Source: Macrostomum lignano (lineage: Eukaryota). From it: a stretch of 64,000 bases of DNA. The first letter of the stretch is position 1. Every line of letters starts with the position of its first letter. A program made the position numbers and the translations under genes. This document shows positions 22,690-34,849 of the stretch, piece after piece. The DNA is taken from contig NIVC01000403.1 in assembly GCA_002269645.1 (NCBI GenBank), positions 62,001-126,000 of the forward strand, given 5' to 3'. The notes beneath the pieces were generated by a model. The model searched no databases and was not told the origin of the DNA. It saw nothing but the letters and a program-made list of their open reading frames with translations.

Positions 22690-25600
22690 ATGGAAGCTAC
22701 CAATGAACTTAATGAAATTACTAATGAGGTTTATGAAACAGGCTTAAGTAGGTCTAGGCAGAAGCTAGAAAAATCAAAATTAAATGTAGGTGACACTGAC
22801 AGTGTTAGCAAAAGTGAAGAAGAAAGGTGTCACTTTGCAAAGCTTATTGAAAACCATAAAGTTGACAATATTACAATTGAATTCTTTTATAAGCCCCATA
22901 CATTGAGTCTACTTTTTTGTATAATTTGTGGATTAATATATTTGGCACTTGGCAGGTATGTGTGTTTTTTATGGTTTATAGCAATATAAAAAAGTTATAT
23001 AATACTTAGGTATTACTATTATAATATTAGTATTAGTATAAGGTATCCTAATTTAAAAATAATTTATCTATCTAATATTTTTTATTATTGGTTTGTTCTC
23101 TAATAATATCAAATGGTTGGACATATACTAGACCTACTTCTTAAGGAATTATTACTTCAATTTATTCTCTTCTAAGTGTTTTCTAAAATAATAAGTAATA
23201 AATATATAATACTATCATTATAGCAAGGGGGTCCAGTGATATACATGCACAACCTTGGGAATCACTAAGCCATTTCTACTGGCAAGACACACATGTAAGT
23301 TGCTATTGGCTGAGAGCAGTCACGTGACTAATATTCCATCCAATAGCGACTTATGTGTATATTGCCAATAGAAATGGCCAGGTGAATCTTTAGGTTGCGC
23401 CCAAGCATGTCTAGTGAGATTTTTTAATTTGAAATATATAAAAATGTTTTATAACAAAGTCGTGTGTCTGATAAAAAGCAAAATTAAAAACCTAAGCACC
23501 ATCATTTTTTGTTATATGAAATATTTTATCTTGCATTAAGCATTGTTAGACTACAAAAAATTAGTAACAATTTATTTGTTTATTTATTTTTATTTAAAAA
23601 TTAAAATGAAAGTGTGTTGATAAAATTGAAAAATATATAGATAGAGAGAAAAAAGATTAAGATGAGCACAAGTGGCCTTCTTGAACTTTAGGTAGATAAA
23701 ATAATTGTAGCTTCAATAGGATCATAATTTTGTCTTTATAAAGGTTTTTGATAGTGCTTATTTCAAATTTAAGCTTCATTTTTTTGTAGCTTAAAGCCAA
23801 CTACCAGGGTATAGGGAATGAGGGTTTTAGGGTGGGGAGATTCTTCATGGAATCTTCTTCATCTTTAATGGAGGCATGGAGGTCTATTAAAGATTATGTA
23901 GATTTTATGTTGATTTTATGTACCTAAACTTCAATAGAGGTATAGGGGTCTATTGAAGATTAGCTAGATAAATTCAAAGACTGACGGGGTTAGGAGGCAA
24001 GTCTCAGGGGGGGGGCTGACAACTACCATCATAGGGAATGGAAAGTGTTAGGGTAGGGAGAATCTTCATGGGGATTTATTTTATATACCTAAACTTCAAT
24101 AGAGGCATGGAAGTCTATTGAAGATCAGGTAGATAAATTCGGAGACTGGGAGGTCTTGGGGGGTGGGGCTGACAACTGTCAACAACTGGGGCATGGGGAA
24201 TGTGGGATTTTAGGGTAGGGAGAATCTTCATGGGGATAGATTTTATATAGCTAAACTTTAATAGAGGCATAGAGGTCTATTAAAGATTATGTAGATAAAT
24301 TCAAAGACTAAAAGGGGTCCTAGAAATGAAGTTCAAATAAAAAATTCAATAATTTATCAAAAATACAACCATGGAGAAAAAATTATAATCTTATCAAAAC
24401 TAATTGATATTAGCAGCTATAGTTACCTTCAAAATAGAGACAATGCAGATTAGTAGAAATTAGTATAAGTAAACAAGTAAAGAGTGTTCAGCTAATAGTC
24501 ATCAACAATGAGAGAACAACAGCGAATCAAAAAGCAGGTGGTGAGAGGTGGGTGGCAAACCATTAGTTAGCATTTATTTTAAAAAGTAAACTGATATGGC
24601 ACTCTTGTTGCATTATAACAAATTGAGTGGAAAAAAAGTAGAATAGACACTATTTTTTCAGAGATAAAATTTGAACCCTCTAAATGTTTTTTTAGAATGA
24701 ATTCATCAAATTTTGGAAAATATTTACATTAGTAAGTTATGATTCTAAAAAAGTTCAACTTTCAAGCACACAATTCTCCAAAACTGCTTGGATCAAATTA
24801 CTACTAATTATATAAGAGATTAACAAATCGAGCTCCTGTTACCTCTAAGGGTAATTTTTTGTAGTTTTTTGCTTTATTATCATTTTGGACAGCCTCTAAG
24901 ACTCTGGCAAAAGGTTCAGAAAAATTGGAAAATTGGAAATATTTTATGTACCTAAAGTTCAAGAAGGCTGCACAAGTATATACCTAGAATATTCTAAGGA
25001 AGACTGGCATCATGATTTGCAAGTTGCTTATTTAAGATTGGTTTAAGCCTATGCAATTTTATATACAAGGCCTCAAGTACTCTTATTTTATACTTATTTG
25101 AGCATATAGATAGTGGAAAAAATTTCAATTTGGCTGTCATAACATTCTTTGTGTAATACCATGGGTTGAGTTGCAGTAAATAACAAGATGTAAGGAGATC
25201 TCACAGGCTTATATCAATATTTTCATTGCCAAAGTTGGGGTAAGTATAACCAACTTAAGCACACACATGTTGTAGCACTAAACCCCAATCCCCAAATAAG
25301 CCAGATATGCACATCTAAGTACATGTGCACTAACAAGCCAGACTATGTTTGTATATCAATATATCATTAGGTGGTTGTACATACCCAATATCTTTTGCCT
25401 ATGTTCTTTATTTCTCACATATAGGTGTAAGGTAATTTTACCTAGGGATATTTGGGGTTCTTGGTCAGGTTGGGTTTAGGGTCAAGTTTTGGAACTAGGT
25501 TTAGGATAAGACAAATAATTAAACTTCAAAAAACCAAAATAATGCTTGAACTAAAGTTTTCAATTAGGGTTCTATGGATGAAATCTCTGAATCTATGGAT

Positions 25601-28600
25601 TCTAGCTAGCTGCTGGACTATGTTTATAGATTTAAAAATCCCTTTATTTATAATTGCATATATTTTTATTAAACATGAATTTATAATGCCAATGGCTGAT
25701 AGATGACAAATGATAAATGCAAAAGTTTTTAATTAAAAATTTAAAGGTGTTCAAATTTTATTATCTAATTTTTCATTAAGCTATGCTCAAAAATGTTGCA
25801 CTAACAATGACAACTTGAACCTAAGTTGGCAAACATTTGGATAAGTGGATGTTAATGTCAGTGATAAGATCTTAAGAATTTTTTTCCAAAATATAAATTC
25901 CAACTTTATAAAGTATGTTCCATTTTTTAACTGATTACAAACTAGTTAGAACCAGTTCAGACTTTATAAAGAAATGCAATTATGAATTTTGAATGTTTTT
26001 TTTTCATAGGGCTTAGATTGAAACATGTTTTAAATAGCCCAAATTCATTTTTAATTATAGAATTATATATGAAAATGCATTATATGCATTATATATACTA
26101 GAGGCTAGACAAGCAAAAAACTTTGGCTGGCATGAAATTTTGTGAAATTTTCAAAGTTAGGCATGATCTTGATTGTGAACATGAATTTATATTTATTTTT
26201 ATGTTTATACAAAATCTGAATTATATTCCTGCCAAATTCATGCCAAATAGACACTGTTATAATTGCACTATATATAATTAAATTGTCAGCACTGTCTTTT
26301 CTTTCTCCATTTATTATAATATATATATATATATATATATATGTGTTACATGCTCATAAGTTAAAAGTGTAGAAAATAACAAAACAATAAAAGAAAACAT
26401 TATATATTAGATAATAGATACTTGGTAATGCTGTCAAGTCAACAAATGTAAAATGCATTGCTGATTTATACATTCATTTTCTCATTTTTATTTTAGTAAA
26501 TCAAATAGAAAAGTTATAATTTAAATAAAAAATAAGCAGAAATTCATGACCTCATGTCATGAATGGGTTTTAAGGAAATCATGATTGTGAAAAAAGGTTA
26601 TAAATTTAAATTATGATTGTGATCACATTCAACCCCTAATTTATACTAACTTGCTTATACCTTGATTGCATGGGCCTAGATTTTTCAATATAATAAGGTA
26701 TAAAATTGCACCTTATTAAGTTATTGGTCTTCTTACTATTGAATTTAGTAATTCAAAATTCAGTATTAAAATAAAGAAAGTGTGTTTCTTCTTTGAATTA
26801 AAAAAGTTATACATTTTTATTACCCAATATGAAACATTGTATATCCATTTTTGCATCCAATTGTATCCATGTTCAATGCTATACCATAAAGTCAAATTTC
26901 TTTTCTTATAGAATAGGTGTTTGTAAAAATAAATTATACCACAATGCATGCTAATTTATAGTGCTATTATATAGTACATTAACAATATATTTTTGTCTTT
27001 ATTGCTACCACAAGAAGACATAATTTTAGTATAAAGTCTATTACATATTTTTGATAAGCTTCTGTGTATCATGGATCCTAATTGTTATTATAAGCTATCC
27101 AGGAAGGTTAGACTAAAATATAATGACTGAAATAATTGGACTAACTTATTATTCATCAATAAACTATGCATAGTGCTGTGTTTATAATTAAGGCAAACTA
27201 ATAATTTCCTTTGTTTAGAACTGACACCACACTAAAAGAAGATGTTTGGCATGGAAGCATTGCTGTATGCACCGTTTTTCTCATCATTTCTATACTTGTT
27301 ATGCCAAATGGTAAGTTTGATTTATAATTGTAGTACCTATTTATTGTTACTTCAGGAATATGAATAATATATTATTTTTCTTCATTTTAGGGCCATTTAT
27401 TCGACCACATCCAGCCATTTGGCGCGTGGTTTTTGGTCAGTATTTAATTTGGCTATTCTAATTTCTTTAGTTTTTTTAACTAAACAATAGAGCCATTATA
27501 AGCTATTACAAGAACATGAAATATTTGTACTTTTTATTTTAGGCATCAGCGTGCTGTACTTTCTTGTCATGGTCTTTGTGTGCTTCCTGAGCTATGAGGA
27601 CGCCAGGCGGGCACTGGTTTGGATGTACCCTGACCTGGCCAATATGACATACGATGATATTCTGGATAAGGTATTTAGCTAGTTATTGATCAGCTGGCTT
27701 TGTCTGCAGAAAATGCAGAGGTGTCCGTTTAATACAGTGTATAGGGTGTCTACTGAAAATCAGAGACGTACATCTATTATATGGAGTGTTCACTGATAAT
27801 GGATATGGTATGGGGTTGAAGCCTAGTGGTTAGACTAGAGCATTGGACTCAGCTTGAAGGTCGGGGGTTCGATTCCCAATCCCACTCTAACAATTTGTGT
27901 CCTTGTGAGCAAGACACTTAAGTTCACCCAGCTGTAAAATACCAGCAATTATCTGGGGTAATTGAGGGTGTGTTTGGTGACCCCCCCCCAGTCCTTGGAC
28001 TGAACAGCCGTACGCAGCCTTACGCAATAGCTGCGGCTGAGCTGTCGGGGTTGCACATTGGCCCAATCGGGGCAGGTGTGTGTAATTAGTATTATTGTTA
28101 TTATTATTTACTGATAATCTGAGATGTCCATCTATTATAAAGGATGGTGTTCGTTTATCATATAGGGTTAGAAATAGCTGTTTTGTTATTATTTTCTGAG
28201 TGATTTTTGAAAAACTTGGTACTGCAACGCTTTGTAAAAGCTTTTGTACTTTTAATTTCATCATATATGTATGTAAACTTCTTACGCAGGAATACGCGGC
28301 CAATTGCTCCGAAATCACTCTGTCCAGACTCTATTCTCACCTGGACGTATTCGCCGTTGCTCACCTATTTGGCTGGGTAATGAAAGCCGTATTGCTTAGG
28401 CACTACGGTCTAACCTGGCTGCTATCAATCAATTGGGAAATTACCGAGATGGCATTCTCGCATATATTGCCCAACTTTCAAGAGTGCTGGTGGGACATTG
28501 TCATTCTAGACGTGTTCGTGTGCAACGGGGTGGGCATTTTTATTGGAATGCAACTGTGCCGCTGGTTGGAAATGCGCAGCTATCACTGGGAGAGCATTCG

Positions 28601-31600
28601 GTGAGCTTTGTTATCCGTCTTAATGACAGGTTCTGCTAATAATCTCTCTGAGGCTATGCTGATAATCTCTCTGAGGCTATGCTGATAATCTCTCTGATAG
28701 GTTCTGCTGATAATCTCTCTGATAGGTTCTGCTGATAATCTCTCTGAGGCTATGCTGATAATCTCTCTGATAGGTTCTGCTGATAATCTCTCTGATAGGT
28801 TCTGCTGATAATCTCTCTGCTAGGTTCTGCTGATAATCTCTAAGGTTATGTTGATAATTTCTCTGAGATTATTTTGATAATCTCTCTGAGATTATGTTGA
28901 TAATCTCTCTGAGGTTCTGTTAATTATCTCTCTGAGATTATGTTGATAATCTCTCTGAGGTTCTGTTGATAAACTCTGAGATTATGTTGATGATCTCTCT
29001 GATGGTTCTGGTGATAATCTCTCTGATAGGTTCTGGTGATAATCTCTTTAAGGTTCTGTGGATAAACTCTGAGATTATGTTGATAATCTCTTTGATGTTC
29101 TGTTGATTAACTCTGAGATTATGTTGATAATCTCTCTGATAGGTTCTGTTGATAATCTCCCTGATAGGTTCTGGTGATAATCTCTCTGATAGGTTCTGGT
29201 GATAATCTCTTTAAGGTTCTGTGGATAAACTCTGAGATTATGTTGATAATCTCTGAGATTATGTTGATAATCTCTGAGATTATGTTGATAATCTCTCTGC
29301 GATGTTGATAATCTCTCTAAGATTGTTGATAACGTCTCTAAGGTTATGTTGATAATCTCTCTGAGGTTCTGTTGATAATCTCTGAGATTATTTTGATGAT
29401 CTCTCTGAGGTTCTATTAATAAACTCTGAAATTATGTTAATTTCCTGATAATCGTATGCTTGGGATTGTATAGAAGATTATTTCAGATATTATCCTAATG
29501 TTCCTGCTATTATCTTGAAAACTGTTTTGATAAGTCTTCTTTAGACTCTTTCTACTCGCCCCTATCACAGACTAATAGCTATTTCAGTTCTAACTTCTGA
29601 GTTTCAACGCAAATTTAAAAAAGTGAAGTATTTTGTCCCTACGAAATTTTTCAGGTCATTGAGTTCAACTTCCGCTAAAATTAAGCGCGCATTCTTTCAG
29701 TTTACACCCGGCAGGTATTTAATCATTTATGAACCTTCTAATTGAGTCGTTATCACCTGTAAGTCCTATAAAATTTCACACCTTGATTTCCAGTTGGACT
29801 CCAACCCGCTGGCTCGACCCCGAGAGTTCATTTATGCGCGTTATTGGCGTCTCAATTCTTGTTGTACTGTGGCAAATTGCCGAGCTTAATTGCTTCTTTT
29901 TGAAGCATATTTTCATTGTGCGGCCTGGTCACGTGACCACTATGGCTAGGCTGGCGTTGATATCCGCCATTAGTGCTCCCGGCATCCGGTATGCGATTTT
30001 GGGGAGGTTCTGACATTGGGTTGGTGTCCCACCTGACAGGGAGTTTCTGACATTGGGTTGGTGTCCCACCTGACAGGGAGTTTCTGACATTGGGTTGGTG
30101 TCCCACCTGACAGGGAGTTTCTGACATTGGGTTGGTGTCCCACCTGACAGGGAGTTTCTGACATTGGGTTGGTGTCCCACCTGACAGGGAGTTTCTGACA
30201 TTGGGTTGGTGTCCCACCTGACAGGGAGTTTCTGACATTGGGTTGGTGTCCCACCTGACAGGGAGTTTCTGACATTGGGTTGGTGTCCCACCTGACAGGG
30301 AGTTTCTGACATTGGGTTGGTGTCCCACCTGACAGGGAGTTTCTGACATTGGGTTGGTGTCCCACCTGACAGGGAGTTTCTGACATTGGGTTGGTGTCCC
30401 ACCTGACAGGGAGTTTCTGACATTGGGTTGGTGTCCCACCTGACAGGGAGTTTCTGACATTGGGTTGGTGTCCCACCTGACAGGGAGTTTCTGACATTGG
30501 GTTGGTGTCCCACCTGACAGGGAGTTTCTGACATTGGGTTGGTGTCCCACCTGACAGGGAGTTTCTGACATTGGGTTGGTGTCCCACCTGACAGGGAGTT
30601 TCTGACATTGGGTTGGTGTCCCACCTGACAGGGAGTTTCTGACATTGGGTTGGTGTCCCACCTGACAGGGAGTTTCTGACATTGGGTTGGTGTCCCACCT
30701 GACAGGGAGTTTCTGACATTGGGTTGGTGTCCCACCTGACAGGGAGTTTCTGACATTGGGTTGGTGTCCCACCTGACAGGGAGTTTCTGACATTGGGTTG
30801 GTGTCCCACCTGACAGGGAGTTTCTGACATTGGGTTGGTATCCCACCTGACCTATTTTAATGTAATTAAAACGTTGCAGTCAGTACTATCTGTACGTCAC
30901 GGATCCATTGGTTACACGCGTTGGTACTCAGCTGTGGCTATTTGTGTAAGCTTTTGCATTCTTGCCCGTTTATACAAGCATGTCAGAAATATCACTGTTA
31001 GTCTGTAAATCCATCCCTTACAGCGCAATTGTCATCACCGAAGCCATTGTCTGTTTAAAGTTCGGTCGGCACTTTTTTGAGAGAACGGTCACGCTGTACA
31101 TTGTCCTCTGGGTGATCTACTCGGTAAGTAGGATTGCGAACTCTAGCTTCGTGTCTATATGGTAGTTAGCGGCCCTGCAAAACACGGGGAAAGGGGACAT
31201 TGGCCCAACAAAAGGACCTGGGAGGGGACATTGGCCCATCAAAAGGACCTGGGAGGGGACATTGGCCCAACAAAAGGACCTGGAAAGGGACAGTGACCCA
31301 ACAAAAGGACTTGGGAGGGGACATTGGCCCAACAAAAGGACCTGGAAAGGGACAGTGACACAACAAAAGGACCTGGAAGGGGACAGTGACCCAACAAAAG
31401 GACCTGGAAGGGGACAGTGACCCAACAAAAGGACCTGGAAGGGGACAGTGACCCAACAAAAGGACCTGGAAGGGGACAGTGACCCAACAAAAGGATCTGG
31501 AAGGGGACAGTGACCCAACAAAAGGACCTGGAAAGAATGCTTGATACAAATTTACGAGTATTTTTCATGTTTAGAAAAATGAAGCTTTGATTGCCCCACT

Positions 31601-31787
31601 CCCCCCCGCGCAGGTACTGTCGTCATTTTTCATCGTATTCCTGTGTGTATTCTTTGCTAAGAAGCGGCATAGCAGACAGCGCGGAATATCTGTCACTGAT
31701 TATTACCTGAGCAGCGACTATTACGGCATCCGGCACGGCGGCGGTGGCGTAACGGCTCCGGATAAGGGGAAGCCAAAGAAACAGTAG
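22690..31787 (+). CDS. PTDSS1: Phosphatidylserine synthase (PSS1-like), 10 exons: 22690-22955, 27219-27310, 27391-27435, 27543-27670, 28290-28600, 29655-29714, 29794-29988, 30880-30945, 31024-31123, 31614-31787; 478 aa
   Basis: Motifs: [90 protein letters not shown]...RVGTQ.W and EAIVCLKFG. All junctions are GT-AG with matching phases; total 1437 nt. Confidence 0.94.
23247..23400. mobile_element. Degenerate palindromic MITE-like element of about 154 bp in PTDSS1 intron 1
   Basis: The left arm GCACAACC...GCCATTTCTACTGGCAAGACACACATGTAAGTTGCTATTGG pairs imperfectly with the right arm CCAATAGCGACTTATGTGTATATTGCCAATAGAAATGGCC...GGTTGCGC. No TSD was found. Confidence 0.5.
23810..24300. repeat. Three degenerate tandem copies of a roughly 165-215-bp unit
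   Basis: The block TAGGGT(A/G)GGGAGA(A/T)TCTTCATGG...CCTAAACTTCAATAGAGG...TCTATT.AAGAT...GATAAATTC recurs three times. Confidence 0.75.
27815..28110 (+). mobile_element. tRNA-derived SINE with CORE-like central domain in PTDSS1 intron 4
   Basis: A-box-like TAGTGGTTAG and B-box GGTTCGATTCC, then TGTGTCCTTGTGAGCAAGACACTTAA...CAGCTGTAAAAT (resembles the MIR CORE TGTGTGACCTTGGGCAAGT.ACTTAA...CATCTGTAAAATG), then a (TTA)n-like tail. Confidence 0.6.
28628..29440. repeat. Intronic minisatellite, 23-25-bp unit GATAATCTCTCTGAGGCTATGCT / GATAATCTCTCTGATAGGTTCTGCT, PTDSS1 intron 5
   Basis: It starts about 27 nt after the donor at 28601 and becomes increasingly degenerate toward the 3' end. Confidence 0.93.
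30008..30852. repeat. Intronic minisatellite, 37-bp unit TCTGACATTGGGTTGGTGTCCCACCTGACAGGGAGTT, about 23 virtually perfect copies, PTDSS1 intron 7
   Basis: It fills about 845 of the 891-nt intron (29989-30879). Confidence 0.98.
31191..31531. repeat. Intronic minisatellite, 31-bp unit GGGGACAGTGACCCAACAAAAGGACCTGGAA, PTDSS1 intron 9
   Basis: About 11 copies, with a CATTGGCCC variant on the left. Confidence 0.95.
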
Positions 31788-32429
31788 TTATATAGCTTGC
31801 TGCAGGGTCTGGGGCTCTATTCAGTGCGCGCAGTTCTGGCTGTCTTTCAGTTTTATTGTCTGATTTAGTGTCTGCCTGTGTCAATCTATTTGCCTCTGTC
31901 TGTCTGTCTGTCTTAGTGTCGTGTCTCCGTCTAACCGCTTGTCTGTTTCTTCGTCCATCAATGGTTATCTAAAGTCTTTTTGAGGCTTCCAAATGAAGTG
32001 AACCGGCACACAATAAACAGCATCCAAGTTTCACTGCCGCACTCATCTCATCTATAGTTCAGAGCCAACGCATCGATATTTCGATAAGAGATTTTCTCTG
32101 TACGTTGCATACTACCAAAAACTTTTCTATTTTATACTTGATCATATGCAATTAATCGAATTATTTTTTGTATTGGCTTGATTGGCAGATTTTATAGTCA
32201 GTTTTTTTCATGTATTAGTGCGAATTATTTGGCTGCAAATTATTATTGACAATATTTTATAGTGTATTGATCCAAATATGCACAAAATAATTTAGCAAAG
32301 AACCGTATAATGGCACTGCTATGTTTTTAATACCAATCGCAATCTAATCTCCTTTTAGTTTTCTTATCTCCTTTTTTACATGTACAATGCACATCTCTTT
32401 GCTGCGGAATAGCTCCAACCTTTGTTCTA

Positions 32430-32690
32430 TTGTGTACTTGGAGAAAAACCATCATCCCCACAATGTACATTAGAGTGCATCTATAACAACCCAACCTCCT
32501 CACAAGAGTCACAATGCACACTCGTGTGTGTCTAAAACCCCAACGTCCCCACAATGTACACTCCTGTGCATCTACAACAAGCAACAACCCCAGCCTCCCC
32601 ACAATGTACACTCGTGTGCATCTACAACCCTAGCCTCCCCACAATGTACACTCGTGTGTCTAGAACAGCCCTAGAATTCCCACAATGTTA
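32430..32690. repeat. Degenerate repeat, core CCCCACAATGTACACTCGTGTG
   Basis: About 6 imperfect copies downstream of the PTDSS1 stop. Confidence 0.75.
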
Positions 32691-33344
32691 ATTTAGTACT
32701 AACTTATGACGAATAAAAGAAGTCTTTATTTTTTTAGAGTCTAGTTTTTTAGAATAGGGAATTCTAGTATTTTTATTTTGTTTACAAAATATACGTAGTT
32801 CTTACGGCCTTCCGTGTAGAATATTCAGCAAACATGTTCACCAATCGCATCTTTAACTGTTTGATTTGTAATTTTCTGATCTTTTTTCAAAAAAAAACCA
32901 CAAGTACTACTGATATAATGCTGATCTTTTTAGTCTGCATTTTAGCGATCTGCAATTATTTAATAACTCGCCAAGATTTAAATTGGGTGCCTTGGTTTAA
33001 CTAATTTTCATATTTGCGCTTATTCTATTATATATGTCAGCCAAATCTGTTCCTCAGTTAATTTTACTATTTTGTACGTCTGTTTAAAATTTGTTTTAAT
33101 ACTTCCAACTGTTTGTCAAAGTTAGTGATTATTTATCGCGCTATTTTTGAATTTGATATTATTATGGATATATGTAGGAGTGCTAATTCTATTGTAATTC
33201 ATAATTATTAATATAACATCTGTTCAATATGTTTCATACCAACTAGTTATCTTATTTTTCCTCAACTTATTTAGTTATTTCCTATATCCATAACGGAACT
33301 GTTCATGTTAATTATATTCTAGAAGAATTTCAGGTTCTCTATAG

Positions 33345-34115
33345 GTGTGTCAGGGTCTCATGAGTAAGTGTCTGGGTCTCTTGAGTAGTGTCAGGGTCTC
33401 TTGAGTATCGTTAGGGTCTCTTGAGTATCGTTAGGGTCTCTTGAGTAGTGTCAGGGTCTCTTGAGTATCGTTAGGGTCTCTTGAGTATCGTTAGGGTCTC
33501 TTGAGTATCGTTAGGGTCTCTTAAGTATCGTTAGGGTCTCTTGAGTATCGTTAGGGTCTCTTGAGGTGTGTCAGGGTCTCTTGTTTTCTGTCAGGGTCTC
33601 TTTATGTGTGTCAGGGTCTCTTGAGTAGTCTCAAGGTCTCTCGAGGTGTGTCAAGGTCTCTCGAGGTGTGTCAGAGTCACTTGAGTAGTGTCAGGGTCTC
33701 TTGAGTAGTGTCAAGGTCTCTTGAGTAGTGTCAGGGTCTCTTGAGTATCGTTAGGGTCTCTTGAGTATCGTTAGGGTCTCTTGAGTATCGTTAGGGTCTC
33801 TTAAGTATCGTTAGGGTCTCTTGAGTATCGTTAGGGTCTCTTGAGGTGTGTCAGGGTCTCTTTATGTGTGTCAGGGTCTCTTGAGTAGTGTCAGGGTCTC
33901 TTGAGTAGTCTCAAGGTCTCTCGAGGTGTGTCAAGGTCTCTCGAGGTGTGTCAGGGTCACTTGAGTAGTGTCAGGGTCTCTTGAGTAGTGTCAAGGTCTC
34001 TCGAGGTGTGTCAGGGTCTCTTGAGGTGTGTCAGGGTCTCTTGAGGTATGTCAGGGTCTCTTGAGGTGTGTCAGGGTCTCTTGAGGTGTGTCAGGGTCTC
34101 TCGGGTAGTGTCAGG
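33345..34115. repeat. Minisatellite, 20-bp unit TTGAGTATCGTTAGGGTCTC / TTGAGGTGTGTCAGGGTCTC, upstream of RPS23
   Basis: Directly visible, with internal block duplications. Confidence 0.96.
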
Positions 34116-34236
34116 GTTTTCTTTAGGAGTATCATCGAGACACTAAACAGACACAGCTTATCACTCGGTCTTTATAGATATTTTAAATTGCCATAGACAC
34201 ACGTGGCTACTGTTAGTAGGGTATTGAATACATAAA

Positions 34237-34256
34237 CTGCCTTTCTCGTCCCGCAG
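34237..34256 (+). promoter_or_regulatory. Splice acceptor 5 nt upstream of the RPS23 ATG (5'UTR intron or SL trans-splice site)
   Basis: CTGCCTTTCTCGTCCCGCAG|CCGCC-ATG. Confidence 0.65.
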
Positions 34257-34261
34257 CCGCC

Positions 34262-34693
34262 ATGGGCAAGCCGGCCGGTATTCGCACAGCCCGCAAGCTA
34301 CGCAACAACAGACGCGAGCAGCGCTGGGCAGACAAGGACTACAAAAAGTCTCACCTGGGCACCCGTTGGAAGGCCAACCCGTTCGGCGGCGCGTCCCACG
34401 CCAAGGGCATCGTAGTTGAGAAGATCGGCGTTGAAGCCAAGCAGCCTAACAGTGCCATTAGGAAGTGCGTCAGAGTTCAGCTGATCAAGAATGGCAAGAA
34501 GATCACCGCTTTCGTGCCTAACGACGGCTGTCTGAACTTTATCGAGGAGAACGACGAAGTGCTGGTGTCTGGATTTGGCCGGGCCGGCCACGCCGTCGGC
34601 GATATCCCCGGCGTCCGGTTCAAGATTGTCAAGGTGGCCAACGTGTCGCTGTGGGCTCTGTTCCGCGGCAAGAAGGAGCGACCGAGGAGCTAG
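34262..34693 (+). CDS. RPS23: 40S ribosomal protein S23 (uS12), intronless CDS, 143 aa
   Basis: [13 protein letters not shown]...[78 protein letters not shown]...KERPRS. Full length and intact. Confidence 0.99.
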   Translation: MGKPAGIRTARKLRNNRREQRWADKDYKKSHLGTRWKANPFGGASHAKGIVVEKIGVEAKQPNSAIRKCVRVQLIKNGKKITAFVPNDGCLNFIEENDEVLVSGFGRAGHAVGDIPGVRFKIVKVANVSLWALFRGKKERPRS

Positions 34694-34849
34694 TTGTGAT
34701 TGATTGATTGATGTTTTGACGGCCGATGGATAGCTTGATTGATTGCCAATGAGCTCAATGATGCCTGCATGATGATAATCGAATACGATGAAAGATTTGA
34801 GTTCAGTTCAACTGCTACTGGGATTGGATCAATTGGCTTGCGTTGCTTG

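Noticed and set aside
25452-26949. Short AT-rich ORFs inside PTDSS1 intron 1
   Set aside because: They have no recognisable domain, and their composition matches the surrounding intron.
27815-27890. Functional tRNA gene
   Set aside because: A and B boxes are present, but no convincing cloverleaf or anticodon arm forms and a CORE-like body follows, so it fits a SINE head better.
33345-34115. TTAGGG within the 20-bp unit (and the 12.5-kb array) as interstitial telomere
   Set aside because: There is a single hexamer per unit embedded in unrelated sequence, with no (TTAGGG)n run.
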